From positions 7,874,001-7,938,000 of the forward strand of contig OX597833.1 in the NCBI GenBank assembly GCA_951406725.2: a stretch of 64,000 nucleotides of DNA, given 5' to 3'. The position numbers and the translations under genes are program-made. Of this stretch, positions 1-14,890 are shown in pieces. The number at the start of each line of letters is the position of its first letter. The first letter of the stretch is position 1. The notes under the pieces are model-generated. The model saw nothing but the letters and a program-made list of their open reading frames with translations, was not told where the DNA came from and made no database searches. Source of the stretch: Octopus vulgaris (lineage: Eukaryota).

Positions 1-727
1 TCCGAGTTTAGAGTTGGGCATAAGGTGGGTCGTGGGGTAGCAGAGGGTTGGGTGAAAGGGCTAAATCATAGTGGCGTAGGTTACTGGGGATGTAAAGTGG
101 TTTTTTTTTGTGTGTAAGTAATCGTTAGGTGCGTCTGAGGACCGTGGATTTGAAGAGGTGAAAGTGGGCAAAAATAGTGGTGGAAGGAAATGTGAGCAGA
201 ATGTGGAGATTGCGCAAAAGTATGGGTGTGAGACACTGTTACACAGAAGGAATATACACACGTATACGCGTGTGTGTGTATGTGTGTGAGTGTGTGTGTG
301 TGTGTATGTATGTGATTAAATATATATATATAAGGGCGTGTGTGTGTGTATGTCTATTAGAGCTTGAGTTTATATAACACAAGTGGGTATATGTGTGTGA
401 GGAAATGTGTGCGTGTGAATGTGTATGTGTGTGCGTGTGTGTATAAGCGTTTGAGTTTATATACTGCAAATGAGTATATGTGTGCGTATGTGTATGTGCG
501 TGTGTGTGTGTGTGTGAATTTATGTGTGTATCTATCAATTTACACATCAAATTATTAATTTACACATCAAATATTCACTTACGCAAGGTCAGCTAAGGAC
601 AATCATGAGGATGACCTTGTTTCCAGTGCATTTTTGGCGGTCATTGTATTTGTTTGTAACAGTCGTTTTCTTTCTCACGTCACCTCTCGGTTCCTACACA
701 CATACAAACATATACAACCTACATCAT

Positions 728-761
<34 letters not shown>

Positions 762-837
762 ACACACACACACACACGCACATACGTTGATACATAAATT
801 CAATATTAATAATTACAAAAGTAATAATTTATTTTAT

Positions 838-883
<46 letters not shown>

Positions 884-915
884 TAATAATGATGATGATG
901 ATAATAATAATAATA

Positions 916-976
<61 letters not shown>

Positions 977-1159
977 TAATAATAATAATAATAATAATAA
1001 CAATGAATATAAGATATCATTGTCACGCCATTATCATCGTAAAAATAATTATTGTTATTAGCAAGCAGAATATCATTAAGAATTAAAGTAAAATTTAATT
1101 TTAAAATATATATTTCTACTTTGAACTGATGTGTGTATGAGCCTGTCTGCGTATGTATA

Positions 1160-1209
<50 letters not shown>

Positions 1210-1274
1210 GAGTGTGTGTGTGTAGATATGTATGTATCTATGTATGTATGTATATGTATATGTCTGTGTATATG

Positions 1275-1328
<54 letters not shown>

Positions 1329-3223
1329 TATACATATATAACCATTTATCTGTCAATATTTCTACCTCAATTCCCCTCCCTTTATTCTGTCAATCAAGCT
1401 GTCTATCTACCTATTTATCGATATATATATATACACATATATATGTGTATATTATATATATATATATACACACATATATATGTGTATACTATATATATAT
1501 ACCGTTTATATGTGTGTGTTGGTGTGTATGTATGTATATATATATATATGTTGGTGTATATATGCGTATATATATATATGTATGTGTGTGTATATATGCA
1601 TCTGTGCATTCATACATGTACACTTTCACACACGTGTGTGCGTGCAAATAATTTGCCTGCAGTTCCACACGCGCCAGTCCAATATCAGTTCCATTATGAC
1701 AGCTGTGCCCTGTATTCTTTGATTGGTTTCAGTCGTCGGAGGAGGACCGCCAGTCTGCAACACATTCTTCTTTATTCTCTTTTCCACTGTCGTCCCTCTC
1801 CTCGCCCCAAACCACCGCCCACTCTTACATACACAACCTTTGCATACACAAGCTTATATTATGTACATGAGAACTTGCCCAGGTATACGTCTCTCTTCTC
1901 CATCCATTTCAATCCTTCTTCCCTTCACACACCTTTTAACGACCATTTCTACCGCTTTGAGACGCTGCATTTTTCATACATTTGAATCACACACTTTCTT
2001 TTTCTCTCCCCCACGCCACTTCCATTTGACTGTTGAACACTTTCAGCTATAAAGCTATTAGACCACTCGTCCATACACACAAGCGCACGCGCGTGTATGA
2101 TTTCGATTCTTTTCTTCCCCTTTTCTAAGCTCTCCTCTAAAAAGAAGCACCTTTGACTTTGTTCCTCTTCCGTCAGCCATTTTTAGTCCCTCCAGCCCGT
2201 AAAGTTTCAATTCTTGTTTTTTTTTTTTAGCCTTTTTACACTTTTAGAGGGAAAATAACCTAAAACGGGAGAATGCCAAAAATAACCAAGATTGCAATTG
2301 ATGGTTTTAAACCAGATGATAAATTAATGTTTCCACTCATTTAGGCTAAGAAAGGATTTGAATACAAAGAGCCGAAGTAAGTACTGCGGTGCATCAATTC
2401 CGACGTTCTTTTAGTCCTGCCAATTCTCCGCCCTGGGATCGTACTTTATTTATCGACCCTGAAAAGATGAAAGACTAAATTAACCTCGGTGGTATTTGAA
2501 CTTGAAACGAATGCTACAAGTATTCTGTCCGATGCTTTAACGATTCTGTGATGTCTGTTCTTGGACTATTTTTCATTTCTGATTTTACAGTCTTGAACTT
2601 ACCATTTCCCCAAATCCTCTTTTTATTTGTTCATATTCACAACCACAAACAGATTTTGCACCGGTACAGATATTAACATCGAATAGCTCTCTTGTTTTTC
2701 TATCATAAAACGTTTTTGAATTACATACACACACACACATACACACACACACAGACACATACACGCACACACATATATATACATACGCAAATAATGCAAT
2801 TCTCTCTGCACACGCATTAAACCTCTCTCGACTGTTCAACAATACGTTTATTCCCTCACACACACAAACTTACTCCGTCTCATACCTACACACCAACATC
2901 AACTTGTAATTGCTCTCTCTCTCTCCCTCTCCCTTCCCCCTCTCTCTCTCGTTTCCTCTCTTTCTCCCTTTCTCTATCCCAAAGTTTCCGTGTCATATCT
3001 TTTCTGAAGAAGGACTATAGTTCGAAACGTTAAGTATACTTCACTCTCTTTTCAAGTGCTTAATCACTGAACATTGCTTCTTTTCATTCTTCTATTGTAT
3101 TTAATTGTTTTTGATCTCACACACTATATATATATTTAAAGATCACAGATGATGCAGTTCTAAGTATGGTTATTTGTTTTTATATAACTCTAGATTTGGT
3201 TCTTGCTAAATATGTCATTGTGT

Positions 3224-3426
3224 GGCGGTGAGCGGCAAAATTGCCCGCGCGTCGGACAAAATTGCTTAGCAGCATTTCTTCCGGTTCTCAACGTTCTGAG
3301 TTTCAATCCCACCAAGATCAACTTTTCCTTCCATCTCCTTAAGGTCGATAAATAAAGTAAACTACCAGACAAGAACTGGGTTCAAAGTAATCGACTTGAC
3401 ACCTCCCCTCAAAACCTGCTGGCCTT
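3224..3426 (+). mobile_element. SINE family 1 copy
   Basis: Diverged match to the reverse complement of 11255-11485. Confidence 0.7.
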
Positions 3427-4121
3427 CACCTCTGCTACGGACTAGCATCCTGCTCAGAGAGGTCCTGTGATCTCAATCATTGATGCGCCATGGAAACCGG
3501 GCGGTCAGCCGTTACAGTACGCCTATTAAGAAATTGCAAGATATTGATATGAATTCTAACCATACTCTGATTATCCTAAGTAACTTAGTAAATGCATATC
3601 CAACTTATCCTTTGGCCATGAATTCTTTAGCAATATTGCTCTTCATTGCAATAACACATCAAAAGACATTAGATTCAAAGATAGAATACATTACATACAC
3701 AACAGTACTCATTAAGACAAAAATAAGAATCGAAATATTATATGGTATAATCCTCTGTGTAGTCTAGATGTTCGTTTCAATAGGGGTTAGTTTCTGCGAC
3801 ATTCTCTGCAAATAATGTGCTTTTATGGAAAAGATATTATTAGTTGTAATAGTAATGGTTGTATTATTGGTGAGAGTGGTCGAGGTGTTGGTGGTGGCAG
3901 AGGTGCTTGTGTTGGTGGTGGCGGTGGTGCTTGTGGTGGTGACGGTGGTGGTGGTTGTGGTTGTGGTGATGATGTCGGTGTAGGTATTGTTGTTAGTAGT
4001 AGTGGCACTACGGTGGTGGTGTTGTAGATTGACTTGAGGTGGCGATGGTGGTGGTGGTAAGCACTAGTATTAGCTGTGATGTGTTGGAAAGGCTGGGTGT
4101 AGTAATGGTGATGATGATGAC

Positions 4122-4170
<49 letters not shown>

Positions 4171-5005
4171 GTGGTGGAAGTAGTGGAGGCGGTGGTGGTG
4201 CTGCTGCTGCTGGTGGTTGTGGTGGTTGCGGCAGAGATGATGGCTGGTTGTGATAGTAGTATTAGTAGTAGCAGCAGCAGCAGCAGTTTGGTGGTTGTGG
4301 TCTTTTAAGCTCTTTAAATCAGGGTTCATCTGATATACAGTAATAAAAAGCCCCCAGATACTCACCCCACCTCACCCCACCGCCCTTGTTATTTACAAAA
4401 CTGGCAGGCATCCTTAGAAGCGAGTGAGAGGTGTCATATGTCTCAGTCAATCGATATTTATTGATCACAGCTCGATATTACATAACTGTCTGATTGGACG
4501 TTGTCAGGACACAAGATGGCCGCTGCTAACGACACAAGATATTCTGGAAAAATCCGACAGGAAATGCAACACGAAACACGGGGCGACGGCGGCGGCGGCG
4601 GCGGTGGTGGTGGTTTTGCAAGTAGTAGTAGTAGTAGTAGTAGTAGAGGTGGTGGTGGTGGTGGTGGTAGCTGCAGCTTTATAGTACAGGTGGCAGAACT
4701 GTTGTTGCGATGGTGATGGTGATGGTGATGGTGGTGGTGGTGGTGGTGGTGGTGGTGATGGTGGTGGTGGTGGTGGTGGTGGTGTTTGATCGACGTCGTT
4801 GTGATTTTCATGTTGCAGATGATGACAGTAGTGATGTTGCTGTTGTTAGCGATAGTGGTCGTGGTTGGAATTGTCATTGTCGTTACTGTTGTTGATGATG
4901 ATGGTGGTAGTGGTGGTGATGGTGGTGGTGGCGGCGGCGGATTATGGAAGTGGTGAATCGGTGGTGACGTTAATGTTGCACAACACATGTAATACGATGT
5001 GTGTG

Positions 5006-5044
<39 letters not shown>

Positions 5045-5170
5045 GTGTGTATGTATGTATATATGTATATTATATATATACATACATATATCATATATAT
5101 GTATATATATACATATATATATACATACACACACATACATATATACACGTATATATATATATTTATTCAT

Positions 5171-5247
<77 letters not shown>

Positions 5248-6983
5248 CTACCACGAAATTCGTGCAAGCTCTACTTGCCTAAAGTCTATTATTAAATGGA
5301 TTCTATATTTTTAGACAATGCTCTTTTTTTCTGCTCTTTTTTCTGCTCTTTTTTCTGCTTTACTTTCTTTTGCGTATAAATCTTATTTTATTTCTTCTTT
5401 GACTGCGCATCGTCATCGTCTTTTGACAATATAGACCGAATCTGGTGAAACAATGGAGTGTACATGTCGTCTGGATAGACATAGTGTGTAGATGTTGACT
5501 GATCAGATCTACGTGGTCTGCAGATGTTGTCTGGATAAATAGGCAGTGTGCTGACATGACGGTTAGATTATACCCAGTCATCATCTCACTGCAACGTCTG
5601 TAGATATAGTGTACGTATATAGACAAAGTATAGAGTCCGCTTGCCTGTCTCTTGGTATATAAATGGTTTTAGAAGAAACAAATTTAGGAAAGGATTCTTA
5701 TGTATATTAAAGGAATTTGGTTAAAAAATTACCATCAGTACGAATCTGAGAATCGTCAAATTTTTAGATTGTAGGCAGCATTGCCCCCCAAAAGAATGCT
5801 AAAGGAAATTTTAATTCAAATATTTCTCCCCCGCCACTTAGTAGGCAATAGAAGTAACAGAGTGTACAACCTGTCATCCAAAAGGGATTTTTCAATTAAG
5901 CCGCTCCTTACAGTAATAACGCATTAATAAAAATGGCTTCGAAGAAAACATTTGGTATGTAAAGTATGTCTCACAAAACAGGAGATACAGATACATCTCA
6001 TTATTACCCCCTCTACAGTATAAATATTGCATTCAGTATACTTTGTAATTTGCTCTCCTTGTGAATAAAATATTTCTCCGTAACGCATGAATTTCATAAG
6101 CTATAAAATAAGAACAATGTCAAGATTAGCTATAGTCGCTTTGATAGTATTTCAAAGTTAGAGAATAGAAGTACATTCATTCAATTGCCATAATGTAATT
6201 ACAGCCGCAACGCATCTTCTCTTCTTAAGAATAAATGTCTCATAAGGACGCTTCTAATCAGATGAATGTAAGATTTGCTGATGATAGTAAAAACAACGAT
6301 ACAGACAGAGCTCACGGAAAATACACTCAAATCTAGAAACACAACTTCGTCTGAATATTTCTGGAAACTGAAGGATAATTGACTTAATGATGTTCCTATA
6401 CTCGGGAGATTGTTGAAACTGCAATCTTATATCGCAACGTGTCAAACAGATGTAGAGTAGAGTTTGTTGAGAAGTGTGACGTTTTGAAGCAATTTTGGGG
6501 CATGTTGAGTAAAATAGCTAAAAATCTGAGTCCAAACATAAGAAAAGATTTTCGTGACCATTTCAACATCATACCCAGTCGCCAACCGTGACACAAACCC
6601 TAGGCAGCTGAAAACACAAAACTGCAAAAAATCAACTTTGCCACCTCTAATTTAGTATCATCTCACACATCCGGTAAGGATGGCAAGTAAACTGGTCATT
6701 TCTATACAAAACCTTTCCATCCATAAACAAGCCAACCGGTCTCATGTGGGCGCTCACTCCAACCATCATCACGTGACCAAAGCTGGCAAAAATATTGGTT
6801 TTATAAGTATGAAATATAATTAATATTTTACTCAAGGATTTGAACTCAGAACGCTCTGAGCCGAAACAGAAATCGCGATGCATTTCATCCCCGCCTTCCG
6901 CTGATGCACACACGCATACATACATACATACATACATACATACATACATACATACATACATACATACATACATACATACTTAT

Positions 6984-7014
<31 letters not shown>

Positions 7015-7720
7015 ATGATATCGGTCGCACACGAACAGTGTAGATATTTCCTGGATAGATAAAATTCTTCGAGGTCGTCTGTAGACACTGGGTGCATATA
7101 TATATATATATGTGTGTGTGTATGTGTGTGTGTGTGTGTATGTATGTATATAAACCAAAACATTGTGTGTAGGCGTTAACAGTATAGATATTATGTGCGC
7201 TGTGTGTAGAGAAACAGTATTTTCTTACGATTAATTTCTTGTTTTTTTGTATTTCTATATCATATTTATATATTTATTTTCTCTTAAAGTTCTTGATAAT
7301 GATATCAGGGCGTTTCACAGACTTTGGTTGGAACCAAGGGTGAGATCTGACAGCCAGAACTATAAACAAACAGGTCACAGATTATGCACCAGTCTACAAG
7401 GAAAGACGAGCACCATCAACAGAACAACAACAACAACCACAACAACAACAACAATAATAATAATAATAATAATAAAAAATATGGTAATATTTTTTAAAAT
7501 TGCTATTAAGTGAAAGTCGAGGAGGTTTACTTTACAGTGAGTTTGGTCGAGACTGAATAGAGTTCTTGGCACGTTTCAAGAATATCCGATTTCTTCAGAT
7601 ATTCGAGATGGTTCTACCAGAGGAACGGACTGTGTATTCACCAAAAATGATACTTACAAATACAGAGACACACAGACAGCAGAAACATGTAATGTATGTA
7701 TATGAGTAGAATATATATTC

Positions 7721-7755
<35 letters not shown>

Positions 7756-8004
7756 TTAATAAAAGTTGTCAGAAGTAGGAGAAAAACTATTTGTTATTAC
7801 TTATACATACATATATTCATATATATAAAGTATATATATACGCATATATGTGTGTAGATATATATATATACACTGCACTGCAAATAATCTTTTTCAAGAA
7901 TAGTATACTTATGTGTGTGTGTGTGTCTGTGTGTATATATATAAATATCCATACATATTTGTATATGAACATATATAAATATATGAATATACATGCACAC
8001 ACAC

Positions 8005-8036
<32 letters not shown>

Positions 8037-8150
8037 GCGTATAAATTTTGTCTATATATATGTATATACATAAACACATATACATATATACATGTATGTA
8101 TATGTGCGTCTATATACATACATATATATATATATATATATGTCTGTGTG

Positions 8151-8199
<49 letters not shown>

Positions 8200-8588
8200 G
8201 AATGTATACATGTATGCGTATATGTGTGTGTATATATTGTTTACGACTGACGATATCTGACATTCTGGACTAATTTTGTGGGTACAGAGTGGGGGGAAGA
8301 AGGGGGAGGAGGTCTCCCCATAAAAACTTTGCAAACATTACCCAGATACATGTATATACATCATATTGAAATCATCATCATCATCGTCATCATCGTCGTC
8401 GTCGTCGCCATCGTGTTGTTTTTGTTGTTGTTGTTGTTGTTGTTATTTTGAATTTTATGAAATAAAGAACTTTTCTGTATTGAATAATGATGTCGTCGAC
8501 ATATGTTTATCGATTTATTACTTGTTGATGATTGCTTTTAATGACGAAACCAAATCGATCCATGCGTGCGTGTGTGTGTGTGTGCGTC

Positions 8589-8628
<40 letters not shown>

Positions 8629-8759
8629 TGTGTGTCTATGTGTGAGGATGTGATATATCTTGTCACAGATAAAATTTTAGTCTCTACATTGAGGCCGCTA
8701 AGCTGATAACATACGTACGTACCTACATACATACATACATAGATACATATATACGTATA

Positions 8760-8807
<48 letters not shown>

Positions 8808-8809
8808 CA

Positions 8810-8845
<36 letters not shown>

Positions 8846-9063
8846 CACATATATATATATATATACATACATACATACATATAAATACACATACAGATAT
8901 ATATATATATACACACACACACACATACACAAAATAGAGATAAATAAATAAAGAGATGGAGACACAGAAAGAGACCCAGGACACACACAGAAAAACATAC
9001 GCATACACACAGATGTGTGTGTGTGTGTGTGTGTGTGTTGTTGTCGTTGTTGTTGTTGTTGAA

Positions 9064-9296
9064 GGTGGTGAGCTGGCCGAAGCGTCAGCGTTGCCGGGCA
9101 AACGCAGAAGTGGCGTTTCCTCCGTCCTTAGTTCTCAGTTCAAATTCTGCCGAGGTCGACTTTGCTTTTCTTCCTTTCGGGGGTCGATAAATTAAGTACC
9201 AGTTGCGCACTGGGGTTCGATGAAATCCACTAGCCCCCCCCTTCCTCCAAAATTTCAGGCCTTGCGCTTATAGCAGAAACGATAAGTATTATTATT
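9064..9296 (+). mobile_element. SINE family 1 copy
   Basis: GGTGGTGAGCTGGCCGAAGCG..GTTCAAATTCTGCCGAGGTCGAC..GGGGTCGATAAATTAAGTACCAG, with an (ATT)n tail. Confidence 0.8.
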
Positions 9297-9300
9297 GGCT

Positions 9301-9350
<50 letters not shown>

Positions 9351-9607
9351 GGTGGTGGTGGTGGTAGTTGTGGTGGTGTCAGCTAGAGGTAATAAAACAA
9401 AAGTTGATATAAAATCTATTTTTGTGTCAAAAATAGAAAGAATGGCCGCTTTCCGATGTAAATTGTTTATACACACATATATATATATACATGCATACAT
9501 AGTTTATACACACATATAAATATGTATATATATATATATATATACACACATGCACATATATATATATATGTGTGTGTATGTATTTATATAAATATGTATA
9601 TATACAT

Positions 9608-9679
<72 letters not shown>

Positions 9680-9964
9680 GTATGTATATGTATATATACA
9701 TATTTATATAAATACACACATATATAGGTTTCAAACTGTTTAGAATGACAATAACAATTGTAATCTAAAATTTTATTGCATAATGCATACATACATACAT
9801 ACATACATACATACATACATACATACATACATACATACACACTCACACTCATCTAATCTGTCTATATATGTGTGTGTGTGTGTACGTATATGTGTATGCG
9901 TGTTTGTGCGGGTGTGAATTTCAAGAACGCGAGCGACCTCTCGTTGACGTGGTCAATTGATGGA

Positions 9965-10757
9965 AGTGGTGGTGGCTGCGGTGGTGGTGGTGGTGATGAT
10001 GATGATGGTGGTTGTGGTGGTGGTGGTGGTGGTGGAGGAGTGGTGGTGGTTGCGGTGGTGGTGGTGATGATGATGGTGGTTGTGGTGGTGGTGGTGGTGG
10101 TGGAGGAGTGGTGGTGGTTGCGGTGGTGGTGGTGGTGGTGATGATGATGGTGGTTGTGGTGGTGGTGGTGGTGGTGGTGGTGGTGGTGGTGGCGGTGGTG
10201 GTGGTGGTGGTGGTGGTGGTGGTGGTGGCTGTGGTGGTGGTGGTGGTGGTGGTGGTGGTGGTGGTGGTGGTGTGGTGGTGGTGGCGGTGGTGGTGGTGGT
10301 GGTGGTGGTGGTAGTGGTGGTTGCGGTGGTGGTGGTGATGGTGGTATGATGAGAGTGGATGTTGGGTTACATAACAAGCCGAGAGACGGTGTTGGGGAAG
10401 GATAACGGCGGAGTGTTTACGGGTGTAGGCAAGGGTACGGGTAGGGCCAAGAATGGGTGTGGTAGCAGGGACACCTATTCCACCCCCAGTTCCCTCTCAC
10501 TCCTCCCTCCCTCTCTCTCTTTACCTTATCTCTCGTCTACCCCGTCTCTCTCTCTCTTCGCATCCTCTGACCAATGTACACATACTCACACACACATACA
10601 TACATACATACATACATACATACATACATACATACATACATACATACATACATACATACATACATACATACACACATACATACATACATACATACATACA
10701 TACATACATACATACGTACATACATACATACATACATACATACATACATACATACAT

Positions 10758-10788
<31 letters not shown>

Positions 10789-11000
10789 TGCATGCACACA
10801 AACACACATACATACACACATACATATATACACACATACATACATACATACACACACATACATACATACATAAATACATACACACATACATACATACATA
10901 CATACACACATACATACATACATACATACATACATACATACATACATACATACATACATACATACATACATACATACACACATACACACACACACACAAA
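9965..11000. repeat. Long (GGT)n and (CATA)n microsatellites, representative of the many simple repeats in the window
   Basis: (GGT)n about 9965-10345 and (CATA)n about 10590-11000. Others include (AAT)n 839-1002, (GTA)n 19258-19468 and (GATA/GACA)n 43313-43622. Confidence 0.95.
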
Positions 11001-11254
11001 CGCGATGCACGGGACTTTGGTCTTTATTTTTCCGATAGATCGATGAAATATCTATCACTTACCTAGTCAGAGATCGATGTAGTTTAGCCCCACCCCACCC
11101 CCAACCAGCGTTCCATCATTTTGTGTCAAATATAAAACTTTGTTATCTCAGATGGACACATTCTTTTGTTTTCGCCTGATCTGCCAGAAATAGCAGCTAA
11201 ATTTCTCTACAATTAAAGCCATACCATTTGTTTACATGTGTTCTGACTTATATA

Positions 11255-11485
11255 TATTTCTTTATTGCCCACAAGGGGCTAAACACAGAGGGGACAAACA
11301 AGGACAGACAAACGGATTAAGTCGATTACATCGACCCCAGTGCGTAACTGGTACTTTATTTATCGACCCCGAAAGGATGAAAGGCAAAGTCGACTGCGGC
11401 GGAATTTGAACTCAGAACGTCACGGCAGACGAAATACGGTTACGCATTTCGCCCGGCGTGCTAACGTTTCTGCCAGCTCACCGCC
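11255..11485 (-). mobile_element. tRNA-derived SINE family 1, near full length
   Basis: GGCGGTGAGCTGGCAGAAACGTTAGCAC head, B-box-like GAGTTCAAATTCC and body shared with many copies: about 2446-2550(-), 3224-3426(+), 9064-9296(+), 16990-17180(-), 18370-18600(+), 41370-41830(+, two), 53995-54065(-), 55700-55820(-), 58380-58580(-). Confidence 0.85.
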
Positions 11486-11642
11486 AAGTTCTGACTTATC
11501 TATGACTCGTAAAAAACTAAGAAGTCAGACCAAGAAGTCATAATTTCCTTATGCAATAGGCGAATACTATAGGCCGATGATTGTTGCAAAATGTGGGTTC
11601 GCTTTCGAATCCTGCTTAGGTATGAGGTAGTTAGTTGTTTGC

Positions 11643-11673
<31 letters not shown>

Positions 11674-12364
11674 TGTTTGTGTTTGACCCCCATTGCTTGC
11701 CAACCGGTGTTGGTTTGTTTATTTCCCCGTAAACAAGGCAGCTCAGCAAAAGAGTAGCAGACTGTAACAAAAATGTACGTGGGTCGATTTGTTCGACTAA
11801 ACCCTTGAAGACAATGTCCCAGCATGGCCGTGGTCCAATGACTGAAACAAGTAAAGGATACACGGATGCGCACACATGCGCAATTGAGTCGTTTTCGCGA
11901 TAGTTATAAGCGCAATGCCAAAGGCACGATTCGAACCTTCAACGGCTTCACTTATTAACCTTATTCTCTCCGTGGCACCACCGCAGCCCTGCCGCAACGG
12001 ACAGAATTAACGACAATATTTATTCACTAATTAACATTTATATCGTCTTTTATTGCTATAACAATATTTTTAATTAACCATACCAATGTTGAATTGCGGT
12101 TACAATGGTTGTTAATTAACGCTTTCTGAAGAATTATTGAATTTTTCTCTTTGAGTCTTGTTTTAATGTTCGTTTTTACAACTTATTCTGGAATTTATAT
12201 TAATTCATCGCAGACACCAGCGCGACGAATGGACTCCATTGATTTCCTTTCCTCTTCTTAAGTATCCATCCATGGGCGAGAGAATAGCAACAAGAAGAAG
12301 CTGCTTTTAGCTGTGTTTATTTTGTAAAATCTTAATTTCATAATCGCTGATATAATTGTTTTCA

Positions 12365-12757
12365 GCTTTGCTTGCTTGGCTGGCTGGTTGGCTGCTTGGC
12401 TGGTTGGCTGCTTGCCTGGTCAGTTGCTTGCTTATTTGAGTGCTTGTTTGGTCGGTTGGCTGGCTGCTTGCTTGCTTGCTTGCTTGTCTGCTTGCTTGGT
12501 CGGTTGGTCATGTGATTGGTCGGTTAGTTGGCTGGTTGGCTGGCTGGCTGGCTGGTTGGTGGGTCGGTCGGTTGGTTAGCTGGTTGGTTGATTTCTCCAG
12601 TCACGTTTTACATCGTTCAGAGAAAGAGAGAAAGAGAGAGAGAACAAAAGAGAAATAGAGAGAGAGAGAGCAAAAGAGAAAGAGAGAGAGAGAACAAAAG
12701 AGAAAGAGAGAGAGTAAAAGAGAAAGAGAGAGAGCAAAAGAGAAAGAGAGAGAGCAA

Positions 12758-12788
<31 letters not shown>

Positions 12789-13118
12789 TAAAAGAAAAAG
12801 AGAGAGAGAGCAAAAGAGAAAGAGAGAGAGAGCAAAAGGGAAAGAGAGAGAGAGAGAGCAAAAGGGAAAGAGAGAGAGAGAGAGCAAAAGGGAAAGAGAG
12901 AGAGAGCAAAAGGGAAAGAGAGAGAGAGCAAAAGAGAAAGAGAGAGCAAAAGAGAAAGAGGGAGAGAGCAAAAGAGAAAGAGAGAGAAAGAGCAAAAGAG
13001 AAAGAGAGAGAGAGAGAGCAAAAGAGAAAGACAGAGAACAAAAGAGAAAGAGAGAGAGCAAAAGAGAAAGAGAGGAGAGAGAGAGAGAGAGAGAGAGCAA
13101 AAGAGAAATACAGAGAGA
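12365..13118. repeat. (GGYT/GCTT)n tract followed by ~500-bp polypurine higher-order repeat (AG)nCAAAAGAGAA
   Basis: Read directly. Confidence 0.9.
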
Positions 13119-13498
13119 ATTAGCATAAGAGGTGCAGTGTGAGTGTCTTGTAATTTACAGAAAAATGCATATTTTTTAAATGAGATTTTGCCGAGATAGG
13201 TTTTTCGGTGGAGTAGATTGCGAGGATGTTGATAACATTCAGGAAAATAATAACATATTTATTGCAAATATACAAATGAGAAATTTGTTTTATTTGATTT
13301 CATTATTTTAAGAGAATAAATATTTTTCTTCCAAGATTAGTATTCATTTCATCATTCTGTTATAAACACCAAGAAATTTGATAGAACTTAAATTATTATT
13401 ATTATTGTGTGTTTGCCATATTTTCTAATACTACCAATGGTGGCAAAAGCATGCTGCCAATGTTAGGCCGTCTGAGGAGTATATATATATACATATAC

Positions 13499-13535
<37 letters not shown>

Positions 13536-13766
13536 TGAGAAAGTTGGTGTGTGAAAGCACGTGGTTGGATGTATAAAAAATAGAAAAGAGTGAAAAAACT
13601 ACAGAAGGCTTGTTTTATAAGGTTAAAGAATATATTTAGGTCATTATGTTAGAAAAATGTTATAAAATTTTTGTGTATGGTAACATAGTTTTTGGAGAAA
13701 TAATCGGTTTCGTGTAAACTTTTAAAATTACTCAAATATCTTTACCTACATCGTATCATGTCTTCG

Positions 13767-13823
<57 letters not shown>

Positions 13824-13825
<2 letters not shown>

Positions 13826-13995
13826 GTAGTAAACACATAAATGTGAAACAAGGTGGAAAAAAGAGTACTCAAATACCAGAGGTAGAGTAATATGCTTTAT
13901 TTAAAGCACCAAAAATTCAACAAAACCTGTTACTCTGAGTTTCGCGAAACTCAGAGTAACAGGTTTTGTTGAATTTTCTGCTGCTTTAAATAAAG

Positions 13996-14000
<5 letters not shown>
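13824..14000. mobile_element. Fold-back cassette (family D) in (TA)n retaining the 3' half of a hammerhead
   Basis: Near-perfect palindrome 13890-14000 centred at 13944/13945 (TTTCG|CGAAA). Each arm reads GAA-ACUCaGAGU-A, the same helix III as family C. Tail 13824-13889. Confidence 0.7.
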
Positions 14001-14072
<72 letters not shown>

Positions 14073-14424
14073 CCAACATAGCAGACATACAAACAGAGCA
14101 AGTGTAACTATTTCTCTACAGATTGAAAGAAATGAAGAACAGACTTAATCGATTTTCGAGCATTATTGAATTCTCATCAGAGAATGTCTACATCAATTCA
14201 ACCAATCCCAGGACCAGCAGCCAATTTGTTTATTTACTCGACATATCTAGTAGGCACTGAAAAGTGGGGCTATTGATATGCATACCTTAATGGTTAACAG
14301 TTTATTTTAAATATCAGGGGCCAGTCTATGGGGATCTCAGTCCACACTGTATCAATGCATGATATAATATACGTAACTTATGAAGACACACATACACACA
14401 CACACAGTTAAACACACAAACACT

Positions 14425-14484
<60 letters not shown>

Positions 14485-14627
14485 AACACAGTATATATAT
14501 TTATATATATATATGTACATGTATGTATGTATGGATGGATGGATATGCATATGTATTAACATGTATATGTGTGTGAGTGTGTGTGTGTGTACACATGCGC
14601 ATATATTCTTATCACATATACACACAC

Positions 14628-14707
<80 letters not shown>

Positions 14708-14890
14708 TAAGCAATAAAGGGTTTGGCAACGAATTGCCTTACCACATACCGAATTTAGAAATAGCAGTCAAAGAGTTATAGCTATTTCTTCTACTAAAAA
14801 GGAGATCTCAGTAAAAACAGCAATTGGAAGGCAGACACAAACAGGTAAGAGGGAATGAATTGACGGCAATCTATCATACAATTTTAAGTT

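Noticed and set aside
7565-7605. Minus-strand CTGAAGA..GAAACGTG motif
   Set aside because: No UH triplet or helix I pairing, so it cannot be distinguished from chance or heavy decay.
8245-8350. CTGACGA followed by TATCTG..CAGATA stem
   Set aside because: No GAAA or helix III half follows.
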